Below, piece by piece: positions 1 through 9,477 of a stretch of 64,000 nucleotides of DNA. The notes under the pieces were generated by a model. The model saw nothing but the letters and a program-made list of their open reading frames with translations, searched no databases and was not told the origin of the DNA. Where the stretch lies: positions 1 through 64,000 of the IMG/VR virus record IMGVR_UViG_3300022226_000003, one strand, 5' to 3'. A program made the position numbers and the translations under genes. Position 1 is the stretch's first letter. Each line of letters starts with the position of its first letter. Source of the stretch: a virus.

Positions 1-66
1 ATATCTGGGAGGTCAGCTCTATTTTTTTTTTTTTGTTTTAATCAAATAACACAATCAGGAGAAATC

Positions 67-309
67 ATGCCCAAAAAAGGTACTTCAATATACCCAGGGG
101 TTCATTGGTGTAATAACAGAAAGGCTTGGATAGCATACGGTTGGCATCAGAAGAAATGTGTTTACTTAGGACAATATACTACAGAAGACGCTGCGGGTGC
201 CGCCAGAAAAGAGTTTCAAGAGAATCCAATTGATAGGAAAGTCCCTAAGATAGACGTAAATAATATGCAAACATGTAAAGCATTCACACGCTCCGAAGCT
301 GATTACTAA
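67..309 (+). CDS. Stand-alone AP2-domain DNA-binding protein
   Basis: YPGVHW..RKAWIA....KCVYLGQY.TEDAAGAAR matches the AP2 domain pattern seen in phage HNH-AP2 proteins. RBS AGGAG upstream. No HNH domain present. Confidence 0.7.
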   Translation: MPKKGTSIYPGVHWCNNRKAWIAYGWHQKKCVYLGQYTTEDAAGAARKEFQENPIDRKVPKIDVNNMQTCKAFTRSEADY

Positions 310-328
310 ATACCACAACGTTAAGGCG

Positions 329-347
329 ACCCCGTTAAATTAACCCA
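329..347 (+). promoter_or_regulatory. Motif A copy 1 (ACCCCGTTAAATTAACCCA), putative phage-RNAP promoter/operator
   Basis: 19/19 identical to 28300-28318 and 17/18 to 48137-48154. Intergenic, ahead of the packaging/structural operon. Confidence 0.65.
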
Positions 348-562
348 GATGTCTCTGGAGGGAGCCTCAAGAGAACCCTAAAAGATATTTTAAATGACTA
401 TTTAATGATAATCAAAACGTTATCTAGGAGTTACCTAGGAGTTTTAAAAAAAGTCATTAAGAATTAAAAAAATGTTTGTTGTTAAAACAAATTTCAACAT
501 TCAAATGCTACTTAAATGTCATTTTAATTATAATTAAATTAACATTTAATTGAATATCAAAT

Positions 563-600
563 GCTCCTTATAATATATTATATAATATACTATAGGGAGC
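563..600. repeat. 38-bp near-perfect palindrome
   Basis: GCTCCTTATA-A-TATATTATATAATATA-C-TATAGGGAGC. The inner 16 bp are a perfect palindrome; the outer arms match 9/10. Confidence 0.8.
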
Positions 601-724
601 TAAAAATTGTGATCATTCAGGCGATGTGTCCGGAATGCCATCCTCGACAGCACCCAGGAGTGTTCGAGGGGTTACTAAGTGGTTGTCAAATTTTCCACTT
701 GGTCCATTTAAAATTGAGATCATT

Positions 725-1207
725 ATGAATTTTTCTTCATTATTTACTATTGTTTTTTGTGTACTTATCAGTCTTGTGTCTGTGTATCCCACGACTGTGT
801 TAGCAGGTGGCTACAGTATTTTCAAAATACATGAACATCATAATAATACCTATGTAACTGAAAATTATTATGATGGTGATTTGATTCAAAATATAACTGA
901 AGAGTATTATCCTGAAAGCTTAACAATAGAAGAGTATTATGTAAGTAAGGGTGTAACCGAAAACTACCTGATGGATGCATTTGCTGCGTCTTCAGCTATG
1001 GCCGGTTTAGACTTCACCAATACTACCACTAAATTGCAGATAGGTGCAGCTATAGGTGGTTTCGGTGACGTCAAGAAATTAGGTGTTGGTGTGGGTAAAG
1101 TCCTAGACTCTGATGTAGTGGGTGATCTTATGTGGTCATTCAAAGTAACTGAGAGAGTTAATGGGCACACCCCTTGGGTCACCGGTATTATTTGGAAAGT
1201 GCCTTAA
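725..1207 (+). CDS. Secreted/outer-membrane protein with YadA-like C-terminal anchor
   Basis: Likely start ATG 725, giving a signal peptide (MNFSSLFTIVFCVLISLVSVYPTTVLA). C-terminal AASSAMAGL...QIGAAIGGFG...LGVGVG plus terminal beta strands resembles a trimeric autotransporter anchor. Confidence 0.55.
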   Translation: MNFSSLFTIVFCVLISLVSVYPTTVLAGGYSIFKIHEHHNNTYVTENYYDGDLIQNITEEYYPESLTIEEYYVSKGVTENYLMDAFAASSAMAGLDFTNTTTKLQIGAAIGGFGDVKKLGVGVGKVLDSDVVGDLMWSFKVTERVNGHTPWVTGIIWKVP

Positions 1208-1773
1208 TGAACAATGATCAATACACCGTATCGGATGGAAATGGTTACCATTACAATATTCCTATTACGCCTCCTGAAGAGAACGTCGAGGAAGTTGTTC
1301 TAAGTCGTTGGGAGAAATTTAAGAAATGGTTTGAAATAGCCATGGCCACAAAGAAAGTCATGATGTTTTTATGGGCTTTAGTCTTCGGTGTTGGTGGTAC
1401 TGCCATGTACGGAACTATAACCGAAACAAACCCTTTAAGGGATGCCGCCATTAAACTAGGTATCGTGGACCCCAGTATTAAAGATAGGGTGACCGAATCA
1501 ATGGATAATATCTACACGATTATTGATGTTGAAATTAAATCACTACATAATGAAATAAATACTTTAGAGAAAGACCTTAGCAATCTTCAAAAGACATTGG
1601 ATGATCATAAACATGATTATCTGCAAATCCCTAAACAAGTGTCTAAGGCAGAGTTAAAAGAGATAAAAGAATTGAAAACATTGGTGGAAAGCCATACTCA
1701 CACTCTAGCAGATACTCCCGCAATTGGAGGTTTAGATGAAGCCTTCAGTCGTCATATTAAAGACGACCATTAA
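1207..1773 (+). CDS. Membrane-anchored coiled-coil protein
   Basis: ATG overlaps the previous stop (TAATG). One hydrophobic segment (VMMFLWALVFGVGGTAMYG) followed by a heptad-rich region. Confidence 0.6.
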   Translation: MNNDQYTVSDGNGYHYNIPITPPEENVEEVVLSRWEKFKKWFEIAMATKKVMMFLWALVFGVGGTAMYGTITETNPLRDAAIKLGIVDPSIKDRVTESMDNIYTIIDVEIKSLHNEINTLEKDLSNLQKTLDDHKHDYLQIPKQVSKAELKEIKELKTLVESHTHTLADTPAIGGLDEAFSRHIKDDH

Positions 1774-1793
1774 TTTACAATCTGAGATTAAAT

Positions 1794-2300
1794 ATGAGCG
1801 AATTCGAAGACCAAGATCCTACGAATGAAGAACCTGTAGATAAATTGCCACCGAGGCCTTTTGGTGCTTTTAGTGGTAAGAAATTTATAGCTGGTTCTAA
1901 ACGCTCTCAACGTAGATTGGCAACATTAAACTTTGATCCCATTCAAAAGCTAGTTAAGCTATATGAACGATTAGAACAAGAAGATGAGTATTACTGTAAT
2001 CTGAGACAAGTAGGTAAAGTTACTGAACTCGACAAGAAAGGTGACGTTAAGAAAAGCCATAAGTATTCAGGAGTGGCTCATGCAACTGTATTTGCTAATA
2101 TGAGTAAGATAGGTAATGATCTATTACGATATGCTTATGGTCGTGTCCCTGAGACATTGAATTTAAATACACAACCCACTCGTCCTATGGTTATAAAACT
2201 AACTGATACTAAATCGCTTGAGCATAAAAAATCTAGTACTTTGATTATTAATGGCCGTTCAGAGGAAGTTGAAGATGTTGATCTTGAAGACTACGGATGA
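1794..2300 (+). CDS. Probable terminase small subunit
   Basis: Size and position just upstream of TerL. Helical DPIQKLVKLY...DLLRYAYGRVP pattern. Mainly a positional inference. Confidence 0.4.
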   Translation: MSEFEDQDPTNEEPVDKLPPRPFGAFSGKKFIAGSKRSQRRLATLNFDPIQKLVKLYERLEQEDEYYCNLRQVGKVTELDKKGDVKKSHKYSGVAHATVFANMSKIGNDLLRYAYGRVPETLNLNTQPTRPMVIKLTDTKSLEHKKSSTLIINGRSEEVEDVDLEDYG

Positions 2301-2481
2301 ACTTAAACCTTGGAATGATTTAAAAATTTACGAAATGTATTGTCCCATCTGTCAAGCAATCTTGACGGCCACGAATATTGAAGAAGTAGACAGTGGATAC
2401 CATGATGGATATATTTTCCCACATAGGGCTATTCCTCATTATCAAGAGGATTTATTTGCTCTGAGATTAGGAATTCAATGA
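2251..2481 (+). CDS. Small hypothetical protein with CxxC
   Basis: ORF fills the gap before TerL, contains CPIC, and has an ATGA overlap with TerL. Start uncertain. Confidence 0.5.
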   Translation: MAVQRKLKMLILKTTDELKPWNDLKIYEMYCPICQAILTATNIEEVDSGYHDGYIFPHRAIPHYQEDLFALRLGIQ

Positions 2482-3836
2482 GTGATGAAATCGAGTTACA
2501 CCCAGGACAGTCTGAGGTGTTCAGAGATATATTTGTGGACGCAATTGCAAGATTCTTTTGTGTTTGTGCTTCACGTGGTTGGGGTAAATCCTTCTTCGGT
2601 GCCCTAGCCGGATTAACAGCTGTATTCGAGCTATTGGAATTGGATGAAAGTGTCCCCAATAAGAATGTATATATTATTGCTCCCACATATGATCAAGTTA
2701 GGGAAATATATTATCCAATCCTAGCATATGAGTTAGGGGCTGAGTCCAGTGCCATACACAGTAGTAGAGATCGTGGTAGATTTGTATTTCAAAAGAATGT
2801 GGAATTGCGATTAGTTTCCTTTGAAGCTGTCGAACGGTTACGTGGTAAAGGTTCCTACTTCACTGTGGGCGACGAGATATCCTCTTGGAAGAAAGGGATA
2901 GGCCCTAAGAGTGCGTGGGAAGGCGTTATCCAACCGGGTATAATTACTAGATGGTCCCCGGCTAGAGCCAGACACTTCGGAGCTAAATCAGCAGGTCGTG
3001 GATTGAGTATATCAACTCCTAAAGGTTATAATTTCTTTTATGACATGTATAACTTTCAGGAGTTGGACCCTTTATGGCACTCCTATCATTATGATTACAC
3101 AACATCTCCTTATATCGACCCTGAGGAGGTGGAAAGGATAAGACACACGATAGACCCGATAGAATATGCTTCGGAATATCTAGCGTCTTTCGAAGAGTCA
3201 GGCTCTAATGTGTTTTATTGCTTCGACAGAAAGACACACGTTGATGGTACATTAGAAGACTTTAAAGAGAAGGATGAAGAAGGTCCAGCTGAAGATGTTC
3301 ATGTTTGGATTGACTTCAATGTCGGTATCATGGCCTCCTCGATGTTCGCTCTTAGAGCTCATCAAATACAAGTTCTTAATGAGAAAATGGGGCATCCAGA
3401 TACAGAGACACTGGCCATTTCCATTAAGACTGATTATATTGACAAAGGTCATCGGGTGTATGCTTACCCTGACCCCACCGGCAATAGTAAAAAGACATCT
3501 GCTCCTGTGGGTATAACTGATTACAAGATATTGGCGAAACATGGTATTAAAGTGTTAGCTCGCAGTAAGAGTCCTCCTATTATAGATAGTGTGGCGGCCG
3601 TTAACGCTAAATTCAAAACAGCAGCGGGAGATATAGGCATGTTAATTCACCCAAGATGTGTGAATACTATTAAGTCTTTTGAAAGAACTAAATGGGTTGA
3701 TAATAACCCCAATACAGCAACTATTGATAAGTCAGAAGGCGTTGAGCATTTTTCTGACGGTGGACGCTACGCTGTGGAGTATCTTTATCCAGTTAGAGTT
3801 GGTGGTAAGATCGTCAAGAGAGGCTTTAACTTCTGA
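2478..3836 (+). CDS. terL: Terminase large subunit
   Basis: Walker A ASRGWGKS, IIAPTYDQ, Walker B TVGDE, STPKG coupling motif, nuclease acidic motifs IDFNVG and EHFSDGGRY. Confidence 0.93.
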   Translation: MSDEIELHPGQSEVFRDIFVDAIARFFCVCASRGWGKSFFGALAGLTAVFELLELDESVPNKNVYIIAPTYDQVREIYYPILAYELGAESSAIHSSRDRGRFVFQKNVELRLVSFEAVERLRGKGSYFTVGDEISSWKKGIGPKSAWEGVIQPGIITRWSPARARHFGAKSAGRGLSISTPKGYNFFYDMYNFQELDPLWHSYHYDYTTSPYIDPEEVERIRHTIDPIEYASEYLASFEESGSNVFYCFDRKTHVDGTLEDFKEKDEEGPAEDVHVWIDFNVGIMASSMFALRAHQIQVLNEKMGHPDTETLAISIKTDYIDKGHRVYAYPDPTGNSKKTSAPVGITDYKILAKHGIKVLARSKSPPIIDSVAAVNAKFKTAAGDIGMLIHPRCVNTIKSFERTKWVDNNPNTATIDKSEGVEHFSDGGRYAVEYLYPVRVGGKIVKRGFNF

Positions 3837-4315
3837 TGGCTACTTTAGGTATTGCAATTGAAACCAATAAGGCCCATAAATTAAAGCCTAAGGTAGCTAT
3901 GTTAGGTATTGCTGTTGAGACAAATAAAGCTCACAGTCTTAGAACGCCTATGTTGCGAATGGCCATAGAGAATAACTATGCCAAGCCTCTGAAACCCGTT
4001 GGCATTATATATCCCGTACTTAAACAAGCAAAAAGTACTGAGGTAGTTGGCTCACTTATACCTGTTTCTCTGCATACACCGGGATTGGTTAACACAACTG
4101 AAAGTTCAGAAGCTGTTTATAAGAGAGTCTTAAAAATAATTCAAAATGATATTTCCGTAGCAGAAGATCTTAATGCGGTCGGCGGTAGTACTCCTGGTCC
4201 GGACGTTATTGCAGATACTCCTAAAGCTAGTGAGACTATCGATATTTATGTCCAAGACTATTTTTCAGAAAATTATGTTGAGCCTGGTTACTCAGGTCAA
4301 AAATACACCATTTAG
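3836..4315 (+). CDS. Hypothetical virion protein with LGIAxETNKA repeats
   Basis: Coupled to TerL. N-terminal repeats LGIAIETNKAH / LGIAVETNKAH / LRMAIENNYA. Confidence 0.6.
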   Translation: MATLGIAIETNKAHKLKPKVAMLGIAVETNKAHSLRTPMLRMAIENNYAKPLKPVGIIYPVLKQAKSTEVVGSLIPVSLHTPGLVNTTESSEAVYKRVLKIIQNDISVAEDLNAVGGSTPGPDVIADTPKASETIDIYVQDYFSENYVEPGYSGQKYTI

Positions 4316-4317
4316 GA

Positions 4318-4785
4318 GTGAAGATGCTATTGGATTTAGTTGTTCCCACAGGCTCAGTTAGACTCACATTATTCAGAGATAACCAGATAATACAAGAGTT
4401 TGTGAATCACAATTTAGTTGTTGATTCGGGATTGGCCTTAATTACCAGCCGTCTAGAAGGTGTTGCCGATAATGTTGTATCTCACATGGCCATCGGTAAC
4501 GGCACAACGGCACCGGTCGGCACCAATATAGATTTGGAATCTATGTTAGGTAGCAGGGTTGTATTGGATGGCACCAATAGAGTCACAACTACGACACCTA
4601 ATGACACGATTCAATACACTTGTACATTCGAGCAGGGTATTTCCAGTGGTGTTATAACGGAAGCAGGTATTTTCAATGCTATTAGTGGAGGTACTATGAT
4701 GGCCAGAGTTATTTTCTCTGCCATAAATAAAGGTGCATTGGACACGTTAGTGATTACTTGGCAATTGAGATTCGCGGGTATCTAG
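4318..4785 (+). CDS. Virion structural protein (tail-collar/fibre-attachment-like)
   Basis: HNLVVDSG...HMAIGNG...ITEAGIFNA..GGTMMAR..F..INK pattern, typical of phage fibre-attachment proteins. Start may be ATG 4324. Confidence 0.6.
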   Translation: MKMLLDLVVPTGSVRLTLFRDNQIIQEFVNHNLVVDSGLALITSRLEGVADNVVSHMAIGNGTTAPVGTNIDLESMLGSRVVLDGTNRVTTTTPNDTIQYTCTFEQGISSGVITEAGIFNAISGGTMMARVIFSAINKGALDTLVITWQLRFAGI

Positions 4786-4786
4786 C

Positions 4787-6637
4787 ATGGTTGCTATTAC
4801 TGGAGTTTCCGCCACAGCCGCCGCAGGTACCGTAGGTGCCAGTATAGCCGTAAGATTAACGGGTGTTTCAGCGCAGGTGGCCATCAGCAATGCGGTAATG
4901 GGAAGTGTGTTCGCCACAGCTGAAGTGGGAAATGTTGGTTTTCAGAAAGGCGCAACAATACCATTAACTGGTGTTCAGGCTTCCGCCGCTGCGGGCAGTT
5001 TTGATGCCACGTTGGATACTCTCAACACAATTACCACAAGAGAGATAGGACCTTCACCTAAAGGCGCTCCTTTGACGAATGTGGAGGTGGACAGTAACTT
5101 TCTCTCTTTGCAAAACAATAAATTAAATAAAGTAATCAATCTGAACAGAGTACTTTACTCTGACAATAATGGTGTTCTTAAAGAGCTACCTATAGGTCCT
5201 TTAGATTCAATACTTTATTCCGCTGGACCCACGGCCAGCCCTTATTGGGCTCCTAATCCAGGGGATGGTGCGGGTATACCTATCGCTTTATCTGTGGAAG
5301 GTGTTCCTCAAAGCACATCAATATCTAGCTTAAATTTCGAAGGCCCCGGTGTTGTAATAACTGAAACAGCTCCGGGTCAATTCACTATAACTATTGCGGG
5401 AAGTGGTGTGGCTGAATCTGAATCTGAATACTACCCAGGCTATACCTTCAATTATATTGATAATGATACTTTCTCAATTGTGGGATTAGATGCCTCTGCT
5501 TTGTTTGCCCAAGGAAGAAGACTAGTATTTAAGTATTCAGGTCTTACTATTTATGGTGTAATAAGTAGCAGTGACTATAACATAACTACTGCAGGTGACA
5601 CCACGATTAACATGGCCATGGAAGAAGGCAATGTGCTCCCTTCAGGAATTTCAGTTGAATTCGGCTTAACGACTTCGGGTGTATCTTGGAGCCCCATAGC
5701 CAATCCTCCGTTCACAGGAGAGAGTATTAATGATATTATTTCTGGAAAAGTCGGTGCGACAAACTTCATAATAGCTGTTGCGGATAATGGCCAATTAGCC
5801 TATTCCATCAATTCTGGCTTAACTTGGACTGAAGTAGCCACGGGAACCACGGAAAATATCAGAACAATAGCTTATGACTCCAGTAATCAAAGATTTCTCG
5901 CGGGTGGTAATGCCGGTGTTCTTTTGAAATCAAGTACGGGAAGTTCATGGGCATTAGATACCACGACGGTTCCTGCTCTTGCCGGAACTACCGGAACTTC
6001 AGATATCTGGGATATGGAGTATCATGCTGTAGATGATAGATTTTTGATGTCATTTAACTTAGTCGCCGGCGCTAATGCCGTAACCTATGTCTCAGCAGAT
6101 TTCGGAGTGACTTGGCCGACAAGCTTAGGCAGTGCCGCAGGGCCATATGGTAAGATAGCTGTCACAGACGCCATTATAGATGACATTTTCAGGACAAGTG
6201 GAACGGTTGTTAGCCAGAATGTGAGTATTATTGATAGCACCCCCGCCACATTTATTAATGCAGGTTATATAATTTCAGCAGTCTTCATGAAACCTGACGC
6301 AACTACCCCGGACATATTTATCGGTGGTGAAGGTGGCCAACTAGCCCATTACTTGAATATAACTATTCAAAGTCTTGATGACACGCATCCTGCATTCGCA
6401 ATTAACGATATAGCTTATTCTTCAGAACATCAACGCTATGTAGCTGTGGGGGATAATGCGACTATCTATTTCTTAGATGAAGTAGATGATACTACAGATG
6501 ATGCTTGGACATCAGTCCCTAATGGATTTAATCCAACAGCAGACATTAATGCTGTCCATTATGACTACATTAGTAATTTGTTTTATGCTTGTAATTCAGC
6601 TGGACAAATTTGCAGATCAAGTAACGGAGTTAATTAA
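4787..6637 (+). CDS. Fibre/adhesin-like protein with C-terminal beta-propeller
   Basis: N-terminal TGVSA/TGVQA repeats, KGAPLTNVEVDSNF motif, Asp-box-like SINSGLTW, SSTGSSW and SADFGVTW, and AVGDNATI blade repeats. Confidence 0.6.
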   Translation: MVAITGVSATAAAGTVGASIAVRLTGVSAQVAISNAVMGSVFATAEVGNVGFQKGATIPLTGVQASAAAGSFDATLDTLNTITTREIGPSPKGAPLTNVEVDSNFLSLQNNKLNKVINLNRVLYSDNNGVLKELPIGPLDSILYSAGPTASPYWAPNPGDGAGIPIALSVEGVPQSTSISSLNFEGPGVVITETAPGQFTITIAGSGVAESESEYYPGYTFNYIDNDTFSIVGLDASALFAQGRRLVFKYSGLTIYGVISSSDYNITTAGDTTINMAMEEGNVLPSGISVEFGLTTSGVSWSPIANPPFTGESINDIISGKVGATNFIIAVADNGQLAYSINSGLTWTEVATGTTENIRTIAYDSSNQRFLAGGNAGVLLKSSTGSSWALDTTTVPALAGTTGTSDIWDMEYHAVDDRFLMSFNLVAGANAVTYVSADFGVTWPTSLGSAAGPYGKIAVTDAIIDDIFRTSGTVVSQNVSIIDSTPATFINAGYIISAVFMKPDATTPDIFIGGEGGQLAHYLNITIQSLDDTHPAFAINDIAYSSEHQRYVAVGDNATIYFLDEVDDTTDDAWTSVPNGFNPTADINAVHYDYISNLFYACNSAGQICRSSNGVN

Positions 6638-6834
6638 TGAAGACTATCAATACAACATTAGGCCCTATCGAGGAACAAGAATTACTTCGAATGGGTAGAA
6701 AAGTTGAAGAGGTTATTGACAATGAAAATGAAACCACTAAAGCCACTGAATATTGGGTTGAAGGTGTTCTTGTTCATAGGTCAGTACACGTACACTTAAA
6801 GAAAGGCCTCTTTGCTGGCCTTGAACTCGGCTAA
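6637..6834 (+). CDS. Hypothetical protein
   Basis: Translationally coupled ORF inside the operon. Confidence 0.6.
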   Translation: MKTINTTLGPIEEQELLRMGRKVEEVIDNENETTKATEYWVEGVLVHRSVHVHLKKGLFAGLELG

Positions 6835-6845
6835 GAGGAAATTTA

Positions 6846-7307
6846 ATGGCAAATTCACAGGCATTTTGTAATCAAGCTAAAGTAGATTTAATGAATGGAA
6901 AACATGCATTTGGAACTACATTAGTAAGGGGTTCTACAGCTGCAGATTCATATAAATGTGCTCTTTTTGAGCAAACTGCAGGTGATAAAGGCGCGGCCAC
7001 CACTGTTTACAATACTACCGGGGAAGTTAACGGTACCAATTATTTACCAGGTGGTGTGGCGGTAACTACAAACCAAGCTCCGCAATTAACGAGCGGTGTT
7101 GCTCATTTCACGCCTTCTGCAAATATTACTTTTACAAATGTTACCTTAGCAACACTTTTTGACGCAGCATTGCTTTATAATGACAGTCATGCCACGAAAT
7201 ATGCATTGAGTGTTCATACTTTTGCGGCACAAACAGTGACTGCCGGTGATTTTGTTTTAACCATGCCCGTAGATGACAATTTAACGGGCCTTATTAGGAT
7301 AAACTAA
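6846..7307 (+). CDS. Small beta-rich virion protein (probable paralog of 15629..16114)
   Basis: RBS GAGG. Shares a layout (F-N..K..., TNY...V.VT, ITF, H.F...T.G.D...) with 15629..16114. Confidence 0.6.
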   Translation: MANSQAFCNQAKVDLMNGKHAFGTTLVRGSTAADSYKCALFEQTAGDKGAATTVYNTTGEVNGTNYLPGGVAVTTNQAPQLTSGVAHFTPSANITFTNVTLATLFDAALLYNDSHATKYALSVHTFAAQTVTAGDFVLTMPVDDNLTGLIRIN

Positions 7308-7613
7308 ATGAAAAAAGTTATGTTAGTTGTTGTTGCGGTATTCTTGACTGCCTGTTTAGATGGTAATGGTGATGTGCAACTTTCCGGTGCGGCAGATATA
7401 AATGTTCAGGATAATTTCACTGAATGCCAAATCAGGCAAAACGGTACTACATTGTTCGTGAGGCAGAATGGTGGCCTCAATCCTTATAACTTTGCTTTTG
7501 ATCCTTCAATTGTGTATGAAGATGTTTGGACCGAATTAACTGTAGCAAATGCATTGCGTATTACACCTTTGACGCTCGTTGAACAAAACATCATTGATGG
7601 TGTAACTCCTTAA
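7308..7613 (+). CDS. Lipoprotein
   Basis: MKKVMLVVVAVFLTAC signal peptide II with lipobox LTAC. Confidence 0.7.
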   Translation: MKKVMLVVVAVFLTACLDGNGDVQLSGAADINVQDNFTECQIRQNGTTLFVRQNGGLNPYNFAFDPSIVYEDVWTELTVANALRITPLTLVEQNIIDGVTP

Positions 7614-7615
7614 CA

Positions 7616-8041
7616 ATGCTTACCGCATACCTGATAAGACGTTTCTACAGAACACATACTTATGGGTATTTAGTGGTACCGCAAACAAACGGTAATTCAG
7701 TATTTCGCACATTGGAACTCCCCTGGTTGGAGAATGCTTCAAATATCTCCTGTATCCCAAATGGAGAGTACCGTGTGAAATATTTACCTAAAAGTAATTC
7801 CGGAAAATATAAGCAAGTATACCATATACAAGATGTAGAAAATCGAATAGGAATATTAATTCACAAAGGAAATTTACCATCTCACACCAGAGGCTGTATT
7901 TTAATAGGTACTAAGATAGGAATCTTGGGTAATCAACCCGCAGTTTTGAACAGTGCCACTGGACTAAGACAATTTAGAGATATAATCCAAACTGATGATT
8001 TTATCTTAAAAATACTGGAGGCACATAGTGTCAATAATTGA
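7616..8041 (+). CDS. DUF5675-family protein, probable endolysin (peptidase-like)
   Basis: TLELPW..N....SCIP.GEY and ILIHKGN...HTRGCILIG motifs. Adjacent to holin-like genes. Confidence 0.75.
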   Translation: MLTAYLIRRFYRTHTYGYLVVPQTNGNSVFRTLELPWLENASNISCIPNGEYRVKYLPKSNSGKYKQVYHIQDVENRIGILIHKGNLPSHTRGCILIGTKIGILGNQPAVLNSATGLRQFRDIIQTDDFILKILEAHSVNN

Positions 8042-8357
8042 ATCGCTTGTTAAAATGTTTTTTATTGCGGCCTTATCAATACCTGTTTTATTGATCTGGT
8101 TTGAATTAATTTTCAAATTGGCTAAACAAAAGAAGGTTAGATGGTTAGCTAAACTGATGGTGCCCCTATTCATAATTTCGGATGCTGCCGCTAATATATA
8201 TTCAATAACGATCTTATACCAAGAACTACCTAGAGAGTGGTTAGTGACTGATCGTCTAAAGCGTTGGAAGAGAATTCCCGATCGGAATGATCGCAGGAGT
8301 AAATTCGCTTGGCGTATGTGTAAACGTTTGAATCGTTCAGATCCCGGACACTGTTGA
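8028..8357 (+). CDS. Membrane protein (lysis cluster)
   Basis: Two hydrophobic segments and a basic C-terminus. Confidence 0.55.
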   Translation: MSIIESLVKMFFIAALSIPVLLIWFELIFKLAKQKKVRWLAKLMVPLFIISDAAANIYSITILYQELPREWLVTDRLKRWKRIPDRNDRRSKFAWRMCKRLNRSDPGHC

Positions 8358-8367
8358 GGATATTGTA

Positions 8368-8904
8368 ATGTTAGAAGGTATATTAAATATTTTTACTGGT
8401 GGTGCCGCAGGTGGTATCATTGGTTTAGCAGGTTCATGGCTAACCAAGAGAGAAAACCGAAAGAATTTAGAAATTCAGCTTAAAAGAGATGTTCTCTTAG
8501 GTAGGCTGGAAGCGGAAGCCGATGCTAGACAATTAAAGTATAGTGTCATTATGGCTGAGAAGAAGATAGAACAAGCTCAAGCGGAAGGTGAAATCGCGAC
8601 TGACATTGCTGAGACCGGTGCTTTTACTGAGAGCTTGAAGACACAATTAAAACCAATTGGAATTCCTTTTGTTGACGGATTTCGCGCTATGATGCGACCC
8701 GTGATTACTTTATATTTACTTATTATTGCAACATATTTTGCTATCAACATTCATAGATTAGTTAGCGGTTTAGAAACTTTACCGCAAACTGAAATCGTAT
8801 CGCTATACACAACGATCATATCGCAATTGTTCTTTTTAACTAACTTAGCTATTTCTTGGTGGTTTGGATCAAGAGGAGACAAGAGTGATTTCAAAACAAA
8901 ATAA
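8368..8904 (+). CDS. Holin-like protein (GTA 3TM-holin type)
   Basis: N-terminal Gly-rich hydrophobic helix, coiled coil, MRPVITLY, and WWFGSR near the C-terminus. Confidence 0.7.
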   Translation: MLEGILNIFTGGAAGGIIGLAGSWLTKRENRKNLEIQLKRDVLLGRLEAEADARQLKYSVIMAEKKIEQAQAEGEIATDIAETGAFTESLKTQLKPIGIPFVDGFRAMMRPVITLYLLIIATYFAINIHRLVSGLETLPQTEIVSLYTTIISQLFFLTNLAISWWFGSRGDKSDFKTK

Positions 8905-9254
8905 TGTTGTTTATGCACATGGATGGTGAGCACGTGTGCGATTGCGACGAAATTCAAGAAACACTCACAGAACTTAATTTAAAAATAAGCACTGTGGATG
9001 AGAAAGTTCAACATAATTCCGCGAGGATTAACGATTTAACGAAAACTTTGTTTAAAATTGAGAACTTGATTTTAGAAAGTACTCAAACTTTATCAGAAGA
9101 ATTAGCACCTTTATCAAGGGCTTATAAAAGTTTTGACAATACTGCTCGATTGGGAAAAAATTTTGGCAAATTTTCAATTTTCACTGGAAGTGCCATCACC
9201 GGAGCAGCTGCTGTATATTATTTCATAATCGAAGTTTTTAAACATGGTCATTGA
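8904..9254 (+). CDS. Coiled-coil protein with C-terminal TM segment
   Basis: Coupled ORF with heptads followed by FSIFTGSAITGAAAVYYFII. Confidence 0.55.
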   Translation: MLFMHMDGEHVCDCDEIQETLTELNLKISTVDEKVQHNSARINDLTKTLFKIENLILESTQTLSEELAPLSRAYKSFDNTARLGKNFGKFSIFTGSAITGAAAVYYFIIEVFKHGH

Positions 9255-9477
9255 CAAAGCAGATGTTTTAAACAGGTATCGATTTTTTCCTAGACTTTTT
9301 GCGTTAATGTTCATGTATTTACAAGTAGAAGTTGCCTTTTGGTTTATGACTTTGGTTGATCCGAGTACGGCACAATCTAATTTCGCGATGGCCACCGGAG
9401 CAGCAAGTGCCGCTTATTTTCATTTTTATGTAAATAGTGGGCCAATATTTGGGAAACACCCAGAGAGGAGAGATTGA
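9244..9477 (+). CDS. Small two-TM holin-like protein
   Basis: R.FPR followed by two hydrophobic helices. Confidence 0.55.
   Translation: MVIDKADVLNRYRFFPRLFALMFMYLQVEVAFWFMTLVDPSTAQSNFAMATGAASAAYFHFYVNSGPIFGKHPERRD

Noticed and set aside
7-39. Terminator before the AP2 gene
   Set aside because: A long T tract is present but the stem is weak and may be cut by the window edge. Homopolymer length may also be a sequencing artefact.
563-600. Protelomerase (telRL) site
   Set aside because: The palindrome fits loosely, but no protelomerase or plasmid-partition gene is visible in the window.
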